A stretch of DNA of 64,000 bases from a virus. Below, piece by piece: positions 51,224 to 59,991 of this stretch. Each line of letters opens with the position of its first letter. Position 1 is the first letter of the stretch. The translations under genes and the position numbers were made by a program. The notes below the pieces were generated by a model, which saw only the letters and a list, made by a program, of their open reading frames with translations, had not been told where the DNA came from and made no database searches. The DNA lies in the IMG/VR virus record IMGVR_UViG_3300030497_000009, one strand, 5' to 3'.

Positions 51224-53617
51224 ATGGCGGTGGCGACTACGGGTTTATATCCGATTCACCATATTGTGGAAAAAGATGGAAAGCGTTCTGTGGAATCAAA
51301 ATATGTAAGTTTAGAAGAAGCGAAAGGTGCAGGTTACTTCTACGAAACGGAAAAGAAAGGTAAAGATGCACTTCAAAAATTACTACGTACTATACGTAAA
51401 GAGCTTGGCTCTCCTGAGTATCGAGAAATGATAAAATCGAATGGTTTAAGCTGGGAGGAGAAACCCCACGAGGGTGCTAATACGATGTTGGCAACGATGA
51501 CAGCTTATAACCACTTAATGGAGGGTAAATCGTTGTTCATTGGAGATAAGAGCGAGTATGAAGCTCGTAACGTGAAAAGTAATAAAGGGCGAAAAGCGGA
51601 AGCGACGGCAAAGCCCTCTAAGCCAAAGAAAAAACTGAATAAAACGCTGTTTGAAGTGTTTGGCATCTTGAACCTTAACTACTCTGAAGAGAATGACCAC
51701 ATTGTTATTGGTGATGGTCATACGAAAGCAGAAGGTAAATGGGGCAAGCTTGAGACTGAAGTGGGATCTATCCGTTTAGTTGACATCGAGGAAGTTACAT
51801 ACCGCAGAAAATCCCAAGGTCATTTCTTCGTAGTAGATAGCTGTTTCCGAGATAAGAATATGATTAAGGACGAGCTTGGTGGAAACTTTAAGAGTGAAAC
51901 GAAGCAGTGGAGAATTCCTTTTATCTACTTTATCGAGCTACTAAAGAAATATAAGCATATTACGATTGACCGTAAAATCGCGTTAACGGTTGTTGAAGCG
52001 TTTGAGCAAATCGAGTTGGAAGATATTGACACTGAGTTTACGTTTAATCCTGATGATGTTCCTACGGGTACGACGGAAGATGACATTGATATCTCAAACT
52101 TTGTTTTACCAGAAGGAATCCACGGAGTAGAGCTTTATCCCCACCAGAAAAAAGGCGTTATGTTTATGCTAGAAAATAAACGCGCGATCCTTGGGTTGGC
52201 TGTTGGTCTTGGTAAAACGTTGTCAACGATTGTTGCAGTCCAGCAACTATTTAACGAAAAGAAAATTGAGAAAGCGTTGGTTGTTTGCCCATCGTCCGTA
52301 AAGTATAACTGGAAGAAGGAAATTGAGAAGTTCTCTGGTATGACTGCATTGGTTCTTTCGTCTAGTATGGTGCGTGGACGTAAAGCCGAGAAAACTTGGG
52401 AATCCGCGAAAGAAGCGCAAATCCTAATCGCGAACTATGATATGCTTCGAAATGACGAAACTCGTGAAGAGCTTTTCGACTTAGCTCCTAACTGTATCAT
52501 CGCTGACGAAGCGCATAAACTTAAGAATGTGAAAGCGAAACAAACGAAAGCGTTCCGTAAGACTTGGAGAATGGCTGAGTATAAGTTTTTCCTAACGGCT
52601 ACACCTTTCCCTAACGGAAAGCCACAAGAAACGTATACGATCCTGAGTAACCTGAGAATGGACAAGCTAGGTAGCTGGTCAAACTTCTCTGGAGCGTTCG
52701 TTGAAAGCACTGGTCAGTATTCTTCGAATCTTGTCAACACCGAGTATCTAAAAGAAAGAATGTCTGACATCGTATTTATCCGAACTCACCATAGTAAAGA
52801 CGTAACTGCCGCATTACCACACGATAGACATTTTACTTTTGGAATCGAAATGACGAAAGAGCAGAAGAGATTATACAAAGTTGTTGCAGAGGAAATCGAG
52901 GGCGAAATTGAACGCCTAGAAAAAATGGGTGTGAAAGCTGGCTCTCCTGCTGTCATCGCGAAACTTAAGAAACTTGAGAGTGTTGCACTCGATCCCGATA
53001 TCCTGCAAGAGGATACTTCGAAAATCGATATGAACAAACTTTCTCCGAAGGAAGAATGGGTTGTGGATATGATTGAACAACACTTCCTAGGTGACGATGC
53101 TGACGGGTTTGTAGTCTTCTCGAATATGAAGTTGCCAATTGCGAAGATGGCACAGGGCTTAAAGAATCGCGGTTTTGCTGATTCTGAAATCGCTTATATT
53201 ATGGGTGGTGTGAATCCTGAAAAGCGTACCGAAGTTTCAAACCGTTTAGAGCGCGGTGAAGTGAAAGTTGTATTCTGTACGAGTGCTGCTGAAGAGGGTG
53301 TTAACTTACAAAAAGGGGCTTCTAACCTTATCCACTTTGACACTGACTGGACTCCTAAATCGATTACCCAACGCGAAGGGCGCGTGCTTCGTCAAGGTAG
53401 TACGAGTGAAGTGTGTAACTTCTTTTCTCCTATCGTAACGAATACGGTGGAAGACTTAAAAAGAGCGAAAGTTGGAATTAAAGTCGAGGTTATTGAAGAG
53501 CTACTTGGAAATGGAACGACTGGTTCTGTGAAAAATAACATTACGGCTGACCAAAATATCGCTAGTGGAAGCTTAACATTCGATGATATCCGTGGTATGA
53601 TAAGTGCTGACGTCTGA
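51224..53617 (+). CDS. SNF2-family (SMARCAL1/HepA-like) helicase with N-terminal shared cargo module
   Basis: YPHQKKG, GLGKT, VVCPSSV..NW, IADEAH, LTATP, EGVNLQ, WTP...QREGRVLRQG; N-terminal module NGLSWEEKPHEGANTMLA. Confidence 0.92.
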   Translation: MAVATTGLYPIHHIVEKDGKRSVESKYVSLEEAKGAGYFYETEKKGKDALQKLLRTIRKELGSPEYREMIKSNGLSWEEKPHEGANTMLATMTAYNHLMEGKSLFIGDKSEYEARNVKSNKGRKAEATAKPSKPKKKLNKTLFEVFGILNLNYSEENDHIVIGDGHTKAEGKWGKLETEVGSIRLVDIEEVTYRRKSQGHFFVVDSCFRDKNMIKDELGGNFKSETKQWRIPFIYFIELLKKYKHITIDRKIALTVVEAFEQIELEDIDTEFTFNPDDVPTGTTEDDIDISNFVLPEGIHGVELYPHQKKGVMFMLENKRAILGLAVGLGKTLSTIVAVQQLFNEKKIEKALVVCPSSVKYNWKKEIEKFSGMTALVLSSSMVRGRKAEKTWESAKEAQILIANYDMLRNDETREELFDLAPNCIIADEAHKLKNVKAKQTKAFRKTWRMAEYKFFLTATPFPNGKPQETYTILSNLRMDKLGSWSNFSGAFVESTGQYSSNLVNTEYLKERMSDIVFIRTHHSKDVTAALPHDRHFTFGIEMTKEQKRLYKVVAEEIEGEIERLEKMGVKAGSPAVIAKLKKLESVALDPDILQEDTSKIDMNKLSPKEEWVVDMIEQHFLGDDADGFVVFSNMKLPIAKMAQGLKNRGFADSEIAYIMGGVNPEKRTEVSNRLERGEVKVVFCTSAAEEGVNLQKGASNLIHFDTDWTPKSITQREGRVLRQGSTSEVCNFFSPIVTNTVEDLKRAKVGIKVEVIEELLGNGTTGSVKNNITADQNIASGSLTFDDIRGMISADV

Positions 53618-53640
53618 GTTTCGATTCTCAGGCGTTTTTC
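53610..53640 (+). terminator. Intrinsic terminator
   Basis: CGTCTGAG...CTCAGGCG plus T-tract. Confidence 0.7.
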
Positions 53641-53706
53641 TTTGTCTTAATATAAAGTTACCCCTTTCTAGATTAAATTAGTTGTAGAGCCAGCCAAGAG
53701 CTGAGA

Positions 53707-53928
53707 ATGGTCAGAAAGAGGGTAATCCTTTTGGAAGCAGAAAAAGTAAAGCTTTATATGACAAGCGGAACGATTTTATACCGTCCTGGGAATGAACAAG
53801 TAACACGATCCCAAATCAACTCTTCTAACGCAAGAGGAGCTGCTGTTGCTTCAGCTTATTTAGACGAAGCTTGTACACAGCATGTTCAGGTAGCTCTAGC
53901 CAATATTGAGTATTTCCACGATATTTAA
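53707..53928 (+). CDS. Hypothetical protein
   Basis: ORF between two terminators. Confidence 0.6.
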   Translation: MVRKRVILLEAEKVKLYMTSGTILYRPGNEQVTRSQINSSNARGAAVASAYLDEACTQHVQVALANIEYFHDI

Positions 53929-53955
53929 GCCCTGTCGTTGACAGGGTATTTTTTA
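53929..53955 (+). terminator. Intrinsic terminator
   Basis: CCCTGTC-GTT-GACAGGG plus T-tract. Confidence 0.7.
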
Positions 53956-53961
53956 TGTACA

Positions 53962-54275
53962 GAGTGACAAGAACTTTTTTACCCCGTAATGAAGTACATG
54001 TAAATATATAATATATTAATAATACTTGTATATGTATGTATAATACAATATGTTACATACATGTTCAATTCAATTACTTCGTAATTGAAGGCTACGCCTG
54101 TACAACTATTTTCTTGTTCAGATAGGAAATTCTTTATTAGTCGAATACGAGAGCGAAAGGTTAAGCTATACTGACCAGTGAGAAATACGAGAATAGATTT
54201 ATTCACTCGTTTAATCTCTTTCTGGTTTAAATACCTTCGAAAGTATAAAAACGTGCTTAAAACGAATCTGAGAGC
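53962..54275. repeat. Structured non-coding element, copy 2 (origin-like)
   Basis: Same ordered blocks as 26765-27070. Confidence 0.8.
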
Positions 54276-54365
54276 GTAAAAGAAATAATTACCTTAAAAC
54301 TCGTATAAAGGTATCTCCTTGTTATTCTGAGATTATTGGTATACTAACTAGGAGGTTGATGTTCA

Positions 54366-55298
54366 ATGGCAAGTTTAGAAGGCTTGAATCCTAAAGTTCG
54401 TCAGATGACTGAGGAGCTTATTAAGCGTTGCGCAGAAAAAGGTATTAAAATCATCATCACTCAAGGTTTGAGAACTATCGCTGAGCAGAACGCCCTGTAT
54501 GCTCAAGGAAGAACAAAACCAGGAAAAATCGTTACAAACGCAAAGGGTGGTACATCTTACCACAACTACGGATTGGCTGTAGACTTCTGTTTGTTACTTT
54601 CTAACGGTTCAGCTAGCTGGAGCATGACTGAGGATACAAACAACGACGGTGTGAAAGACTGGGGACAAGTTGCTTCAATCGCTAAGTCTTTAGGCTTCGA
54701 ATGGGGCGGTGACTGGAAATCTTTTAAAGACTATCCTCACTTCCAGTACACTTATGGGTTGTCTATTTCTCAGCTTAAAGCTGGTAAACGTCCACCTACA
54801 AGCGTTGTTGACACAGGCAAGGTTGTTACTGAGGTAACGAAGTCTCCTACTTCTTTACGTAAGGGTGACAAAGGGTTTGCAGTTTCTGAGTTACAGAAGA
54901 AGCTTATCCTTGTTGGTGAGAAATTACCACGCTTTGGTGCTGACGGTGGTTTCGGTGACGAAACAGTTACAGCGGTTAAAGCATTCCAAGCTCGTGCTAA
55001 ACTAGTGGTTGATGGAATCGTTGGTGAAGCAACTCAGACAGCTCTTCAAAAAGCTATCGATGAGCTTCAAAAGCAAAACGCTCCAGAGAAGCCAAACCTG
55101 ATCGTGCCTTATCCTGGCAAGGTTGTTAAGGTTGGTTCAACTGGAATCGACGTTGCGCGTGTACAACGAGCTGTCGGTGTAACACCTGATGAGAAGTTTG
55201 GTGCTTCCACTGAAAAAGCGGTTAAGGAATACCAAGCTAAACACAAGCTTGACGCTGACGGTATTGTTGGAGAGAAAACTTGGAACATGATGTTCTAA
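54366..55298 (+). CDS. Endolysin: M15 L-Ala-D-Glu peptidase with peptidoglycan-binding repeats
   Basis: GLRTIAEQNALYAQGRT, SYHNYGLAVDF, WGGDW..FKDYPHFQ; DGGFG.ET..AVKAFQ and DGIVGEKTW repeats. Confidence 0.95.
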   Translation: MASLEGLNPKVRQMTEELIKRCAEKGIKIIITQGLRTIAEQNALYAQGRTKPGKIVTNAKGGTSYHNYGLAVDFCLLLSNGSASWSMTEDTNNDGVKDWGQVASIAKSLGFEWGGDWKSFKDYPHFQYTYGLSISQLKAGKRPPTSVVDTGKVVTEVTKSPTSLRKGDKGFAVSELQKKLILVGEKLPRFGADGGFGDETVTAVKAFQARAKLVVDGIVGEATQTALQKAIDELQKQNAPEKPNLIVPYPGKVVKVGSTGIDVARVQRAVGVTPDEKFGASTEKAVKEYQAKHKLDADGIVGEKTWNMMF

Positions 55299-55311
55299 GG
55301 AGGTGATAACT

Positions 55312-55545
55312 ATGAAATTGACAGCAGGTACTATCACACGTACTATTCTATTAGTTGTGGCGTTGGTTAACCAATTCTTAACGGCTAAAGGATATTCACC
55401 TATCGATGGTCAACAAACAGCTGACTTTGCTGCGTTTGTATTTACAGGCGTGACAGCTGCATTAGCTTGGTGGAAGGATAACGCGTTTACTCAAAAAGCG
55501 CGTGCCCGTAAAGCACTAGCGAAAGCAGAAAAGAAAGCTAAATGA
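55312..55545 (+). CDS. SPP1-type holin
   Basis: AGTITRTILLVVALVNQFL...G.SP ... AWWKDNAFT. Confidence 0.9.
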   Translation: MKLTAGTITRTILLVVALVNQFLTAKGYSPIDGQQTADFAAFVFTGVTAALAWWKDNAFTQKARARKALAKAEKKAK

Positions 55546-55548
55546 GAC

Positions 55549-55578
55549 AAGGGAGGGCGAAAGCTCTCCTTTTTATTT
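55549..55578 (+). terminator. Intrinsic terminator
   Basis: GGGAGGGC-GAAA-GCTCTCCT plus T-tract. Confidence 0.8.
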
Positions 55579-55647
55579 TGGGAAAATAGGAATCATTTTA
55601 CCCTTCTTGAATAGAATATGTTGTAATCTACTTTAGGAGGGATTCTT

Positions 55648-56139
55648 ATGAGTAACGGTAAAGCTTGTAGAATTGCGAAAGAGTTAGCGGAAGAGAACGG
55701 TGGAAAGCCGAGTGACTACATGAGTGAAGCGTGGGAAATCGTAAGAGCAAGTGATGACAGACCTAGAAAGCGCCAGCAGAGCAGAGCACGAAGTGTTGTT
55801 GAATCCAGTAGCCGAAAACGTCACCCATCGAAACGCAAGAAAAGCCACATGCCTTCGACAGAAGAAATAATTGACAAGGGGCTAGCGAGTATGGGAGTGT
55901 GGGGGCAGGTTATAAAGGTTGCCGGAGGTTTATCTCTTAAAACGGTTAAATACGCCAACAAGAAGAAAAAGAGCGTTGTAAAGAAAACTGGCAGTAACAT
56001 GAACTTCACGAAAGCTCCGAAAGACAGTCCTGGTGATGTTTTTGGTGGTCTTCTAAAGATGACATCGAAAAGCCCTGATAAAATCGAAGTCCCCGAATCC
56101 CTCAAAAAGTACGTCAAAGATACCTTCCGTTTTAAATAA
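55648..56139 (+). CDS. Basic hypothetical protein
   Basis: K/R/S-rich; AGGAGGG RBS. Confidence 0.7.
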   Translation: MSNGKACRIAKELAEENGGKPSDYMSEAWEIVRASDDRPRKRQQSRARSVVESSSRKRHPSKRKKSHMPSTEEIIDKGLASMGVWGQVIKVAGGLSLKTVKYANKKKKSVVKKTGSNMNFTKAPKDSPGDVFGGLLKMTSKSPDKIEVPESLKKYVKDTFRFK

Positions 56140-56153
56140 ATCCTGTACAGTCA

Positions 56154-56186
56154 AGAGTAAAAAATGATATGGACTCCTTTTGTTAG
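56154..56186 (+). promoter_or_regulatory. Phage-sigma (middle-like) promoter
   Basis: AGAGTA-N18-TTTTGTTAG. Confidence 0.6.
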
Positions 56187-56217
56187 TTGATTAATGCTAA
56201 CGAGAGGGGTTTTTATT

Positions 56218-57054
56218 ATGCCAGAAGGCGTGGAAGTGAAGATTGTTAAAGAAGGATTAGAGAAGTCATTAGTAGGTGACACGATTATGCAAGTCATCTT
56301 TGATGATAGAGGAGAAAAGATTGCGAGACCACTTTCTGAAGAGGAGCTTGGTGAAGCGGTTGTAGGGAAAGAAATTACGAGCTTTGACCGTATTGGGAAG
56401 TATATCATTTTTAATTTTGACGATGGAACAATAATGACATCCCACCTAGCGATGACTGGACGATGGTTAATCGATGTACCGGCTACGCATGGGCTGACTC
56501 ACACAAGGGTAATGTTCGTGATGAAGTCAGGTAAAATCGTGCGATATTCCGATGTGCGATTATTTGGAAGAATACGAATTGAGGAAAACCTCGAAAAAGA
56601 TTATTACAACAAAGGGATAGATGTGCTGGAAGCGACAGAAGATGAGCTTTACGAGAAGTTGTTGCTGGTTCGTAAACGACGTGGAGAGAATCCCATCAAG
56701 AAGCTACTCTTGAACCAACGATTGTTCTGTGGTCTTGGTAACGTGTATTCTATCGAAGTTCTGTTTGACATGAAAATCAACCCGTTTAAAAAGATTAACC
56801 AGCTGTCTGATGAGACACTAAAGTTGATGGCGTTTACGATTAAGAGCATTGTTCAAGCCGGTTACGAAGCAGGTGGCTTATCGCTTAAAGACTATGTTCA
56901 CGTTGATGGCTCTAAAGGTAGCGCGCAAGACCTCCTACAGATTTATCAAAAGAAAGAATGTCCATCTTGTGGTGGTGAGGTATCAAAAGTAACGCGTATC
57001 GACAAGCGACCTACACACTACTGTAAACAATGTCAAAATATAGAAAACAAGTAA
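56218..57054 (+). CDS. mutM: Formamidopyrimidine-DNA glycosylase (Fpg/Nei family)
   Basis: N-terminal MPEGVEV, RIGKY, SHLAMTG, D.RLFG, H2TH IKKLLLNQ...GLGNVYS.E, zinc finger CPSC...R.THYCKQCQ. Confidence 0.95.
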   Translation: MPEGVEVKIVKEGLEKSLVGDTIMQVIFDDRGEKIARPLSEEELGEAVVGKEITSFDRIGKYIIFNFDDGTIMTSHLAMTGRWLIDVPATHGLTHTRVMFVMKSGKIVRYSDVRLFGRIRIEENLEKDYYNKGIDVLEATEDELYEKLLLVRKRRGENPIKKLLLNQRLFCGLGNVYSIEVLFDMKINPFKKINQLSDETLKLMAFTIKSIVQAGYEAGGLSLKDYVHVDGSKGSAQDLLQIYQKKECPSCGGEVSKVTRIDKRPTHYCKQCQNIENK

Positions 57055-57083
57055 GCTCTTTATATTTATAGTAGGGTGACACT

Positions 57084-57158
57084 ATGAAGACAAAATATTT
57101 GATAACCACGATGGTGATTATTGTCATCTTACTTTTCATACTTAACTTAACGGGGTGA
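57084..57158 (+). CDS. 24-aa hydrophobic peptide
   Basis: AGGGTG RBS; one TM helix. Confidence 0.4.
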   Translation: MKTKYLITTMVIIVILLFILNLTG

Positions 57159-57162
57159 AAAC

Positions 57163-57282
57163 ATGGTTGAAGTTTGTGATAGTTGCAAAAAGCAAAAGCC
57201 TAAATGCGACTGCGTTAAAAAGGCTGAAGCTTCCCATAACGACCTTAAAAAGCACATAACCAATTTTGATTTACGCAAATAG
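57163..57282 (+). CDS. 39-aa Cys-rich peptide
   Basis: CDSC...CDC; GGGGTG RBS. Confidence 0.5.
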   Translation: MVEVCDSCKKQKPKCDCVKKAEASHNDLKKHITNFDLRK

Positions 57283-57293
57283 GAGGAATAAAC

Positions 57294-57524
57294 ATGGCTG
57301 AACAAAAAGGTAAGTATACGTTCCTTAGATGGAACAGCGAATATGGTTCTGAAGCAAATTTTGTTGTAAGAGAAAATGCAACTGGAAAGCAGTCGTATTT
57401 CTCTCCAGACAACCCAAAGGACGTTGCGTTCGTTGATGAAGATTTAACAAAAGATCCGTTAGTAAAGTCGTGGGATACATTCGGGAATGAAACGATTGAC
57501 GACCTTAACGACGTTGTTTTTTAA
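57294..57524 (+). CDS. Hypothetical protein
   Basis: AGGAGG RBS. Confidence 0.7.
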   Translation: MAEQKGKYTFLRWNSEYGSEANFVVRENATGKQSYFSPDNPKDVAFVDEDLTKDPLVKSWDTFGNETIDDLNDVVF

Positions 57525-57614
57525 GCTTTCTTAACTTAAACAGATATTACTTGTAAAAGGTACGGTTACTTGCTGTACCTTTTCAAACACACTAATCGAA
57601 TGGGGTTGTCCAGT

Positions 57615-58259
57615 ATGCCATTAGACAAGCACAACTTATTTTACGACCTTCGTAAAGATGCTACAGAAGAACAACTATTCCTAGCAGATTCTATCATTGA
57701 CTATAACGTGGTTTTCTCAAATTCAGAAGCTGGAACAGGTAAAACAACATGGGCGACAGCGGCACTTTATTACTTATATGAGACAAAGAAAATTGACAAG
57801 ATTTATTATATCGTGTCACCCGTTGAAGAAGACAAAATGGGATTCCGTCCGGGAACGCAAGGGGAGAAGGAAGCTGATTATGCTCACCCTCTACATGACG
57901 CGTTAGCTAAAATTGGACTACAACCTGATAAAGCGCTGGACGCTAAGTATGGTTGCTTTGAAATGGCTACTCACGTTTTCTTACGTGGACGTAACCTAGA
58001 GCGCGTTGGAATCATTTTGGATGAAGCGCAAAACTATACAGTTTCTGAACTTAAGAAAACGATTACTCGTGTCCATGATAACTGTCATCTAGTCGTAATG
58101 GGACATACTGGACAAATCGACCTTAAAAATAAAGCAAAATCAGGTTTCGCAAAAGCGATTGAGCACTTTGGTAAATTAGAAAACCGCGTGCGTATCTGCC
58201 CGTTAACGAAGAACTTCCGTGGTTGGATTTCACAGCATGCTGATAAGCTAGATGACTGA
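57615..58259 (+). CDS. phoH: PhoH-family ATPase
   Basis: AGTGKT, GFRPG...EK, FLRGRNL, LDEAQN, ITRV, GHTGQIDL. Confidence 0.93.
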   Translation: MPLDKHNLFYDLRKDATEEQLFLADSIIDYNVVFSNSEAGTGKTTWATAALYYLYETKKIDKIYYIVSPVEEDKMGFRPGTQGEKEADYAHPLHDALAKIGLQPDKALDAKYGCFEMATHVFLRGRNLERVGIILDEAQNYTVSELKKTITRVHDNCHLVVMGHTGQIDLKNKAKSGFAKAIEHFGKLENRVRICPLTKNFRGWISQHADKLDD

Positions 58260-58269
58260 GGAGGATAAT

Positions 58270-58614
58270 ATGTCTGAACTTTGGAACTTCGCGAAGAACG
58301 TTGCGCAAGCAGAGGGAAGAAGACAGGACTGGGTCTACATCGTAGACCTTTTCAAGTCTTCAGGTGGAACAGATATGATGATGGAAATCTACGGTGAACG
58401 TGGGCGCTTCGAGGTGTTAGGTGAAACAACGAATGGTAACGTACTTATAGGTGATAAGCATGGAACTATCTCTGTTATTCAGAAGAGTGACATGAAATTG
58501 TTTCGTAAAAAGTTTCATAAAATCGAAGTCGATGAAAATAACATCGTTCGTAAGTCTCTTCACGTGGAAGGCAAGACTGAAGAAGTGTTACTTTATATAA
58601 ACGCGGTGAGGTGA
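58270..58614 (+). CDS. Hypothetical protein
   Basis: Start reassigned to ATG 58270 behind GAGGAGG. Confidence 0.7.
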   Translation: MSELWNFAKNVAQAEGRRQDWVYIVDLFKSSGGTDMMMEIYGERGRFEVLGETTNGNVLIGDKHGTISVIQKSDMKLFRKKFHKIEVDENNIVRKSLHVEGKTEEVLLYINAVR

Positions 58615-58618
58615 AAAG

Positions 58619-58840
58619 ATGAAGAAAATAAAGCTTTCGCACAATATGGATGATGTTCAATTAGAAGAAGCATTGGAGAAAGCCCTGAAAGGCATAAATA
58701 AGCGCGTTGAAACGTCTGATGCGGCTTTACCTTCTAAACTGTCAGAAGAGCTAAGAGAGGAAGCTTTCAGCGTTTTCACGAGGGTTTCTAACAACATGCT
58801 ACGCGAGATTAGTGAAGTTATTAATCGAAAGGGTGAATAA
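58619..58840 (+). CDS. Hypothetical protein of the head module
   Basis: GAGGTG RBS; adjacent to the MuF-like gene. Confidence 0.65.
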   Translation: MKKIKLSHNMDDVQLEEALEKALKGINKRVETSDAALPSKLSEELREEAFSVFTRVSNNMLREISEVINRKGE

Positions 58841-58842
58841 GA

Positions 58843-59700
58843 GTGATTCTGGATGAAAAACAACTAAAGGAAATCGCAAAAATCATAGACTCTCACGTGG
58901 GGGTCTTACTTTATGCAATGAATGGTGGAGCACAGCCTAGTAAGGAGCTTTTGAAGAAATTAGGCATCCCTGAGAACGCTCCCTCGTTTGTAAAAAACTC
59001 TTTCATCTTAGGTAAGATAGCACAGATGATGGGTGATGAAGAAACGAAAGACTTAACGTATGAAGAGTTGAAAAGAAAAGCGCGTGAGTACTCTTTATCG
59101 AAGTTGGAGCGGAATTCGATTAGGTACGCTGAGCACCATGCCGCACAATACGTAACCGCGCTTGGTCACAAGATGTCTAAGACCGTAAACACAAACGTTG
59201 CAAGAGCTAGTAAAGCTGCTGACTTAAAAATTGTACAACGAAACATGATTAAAGACGCAGTAAAACAAGCTATCTTGAATACGGAAACACGTGGTAAGCT
59301 AGCTAGTGAACTGTATCATGAGCTAGAGGACTGGAATCGCGATTGGAAACGTGTAGCTAATACTGAACTTTGGAACGCAAGATTGTCAGGGGAAGTAACC
59401 TCGATCCTACAGGGTGATACGATTCACCAAAATACTGACGGTGGGGAAACGATGGTATTTAGAAGACCAGCACCCGATGCTTGTAAACATTGTCAACGCC
59501 TTTACTTAGAAGATGATGGTGTCACACCTAAGATATTCAAGTTGAGTGAGCTTATCGCTAATGGAGACAACTATGGACGTAAGACAGCTGACTGGAAACC
59601 AACGACAGCTACGACACACCCCAACTGTACATGCCCAATAGCTGTTGTGCCTGACGGGTTTGGTTTTGATAGTCACGGAAATTTAGAATTTATGGAATAG
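58843..59700 (+). CDS. MuF / SPP1 gp7-like head morphogenesis protein
   Basis: RDWKRVANTE, DACKHC, HPNCTC. Confidence 0.85.
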   Translation: MILDEKQLKEIAKIIDSHVGVLLYAMNGGAQPSKELLKKLGIPENAPSFVKNSFILGKIAQMMGDEETKDLTYEELKRKAREYSLSKLERNSIRYAEHHAAQYVTALGHKMSKTVNTNVARASKAADLKIVQRNMIKDAVKQAILNTETRGKLASELYHELEDWNRDWKRVANTELWNARLSGEVTSILQGDTIHQNTDGGETMVFRRPAPDACKHCQRLYLEDDGVTPKIFKLSELIANGDNYGRKTADWKPTTATTHPNCTCPIAVVPDGFGFDSHGNLEFME

Positions 59701-59711
59701 GAGAGAGCTAA

Positions 59712-59978
59712 ATGCCAAAAATAACACATGTTAATATCATGAACGACAACGACCAAGTTTACTGTCACAAAGTTAAAAAGGTAGTTGAGTTCAACGAATT
59801 ACACCAAAAGTTTCATTGTGAAGACTGCCCGATGTTCGCTGGAACGGCTCAGGGTCAAGGGGTTGACTGCGTATGGGATGACCCACGTAAAGTATCAGAT
59901 CCCCACATGGTAACGAACCCAAAAGTTGAAAAAGACTACGTTGCAACAGCTGAAGCAGTTGCCCGTCGTAAGAAGTAA
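59712..59978 (+). CDS. Cys-rich hypothetical protein
   Basis: YCH...HCEDCPMFAGTAQGQGVDC.WDD. Confidence 0.7.
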   Translation: MPKITHVNIMNDNDQVYCHKVKKVVEFNELHQKFHCEDCPMFAGTAQGQGVDCVWDDPRKVSDPHMVTNPKVEKDYVATAEAVARRKK

Positions 59979-59991
59979 GGGGGAATAGGAG

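Noticed and set aside
53979-54206. Minus-strand 75-aa ORF across the second non-coding element
   Set aside because: No RBS, AT-rich low-complexity translation, and no equivalent ORF in copy 1.
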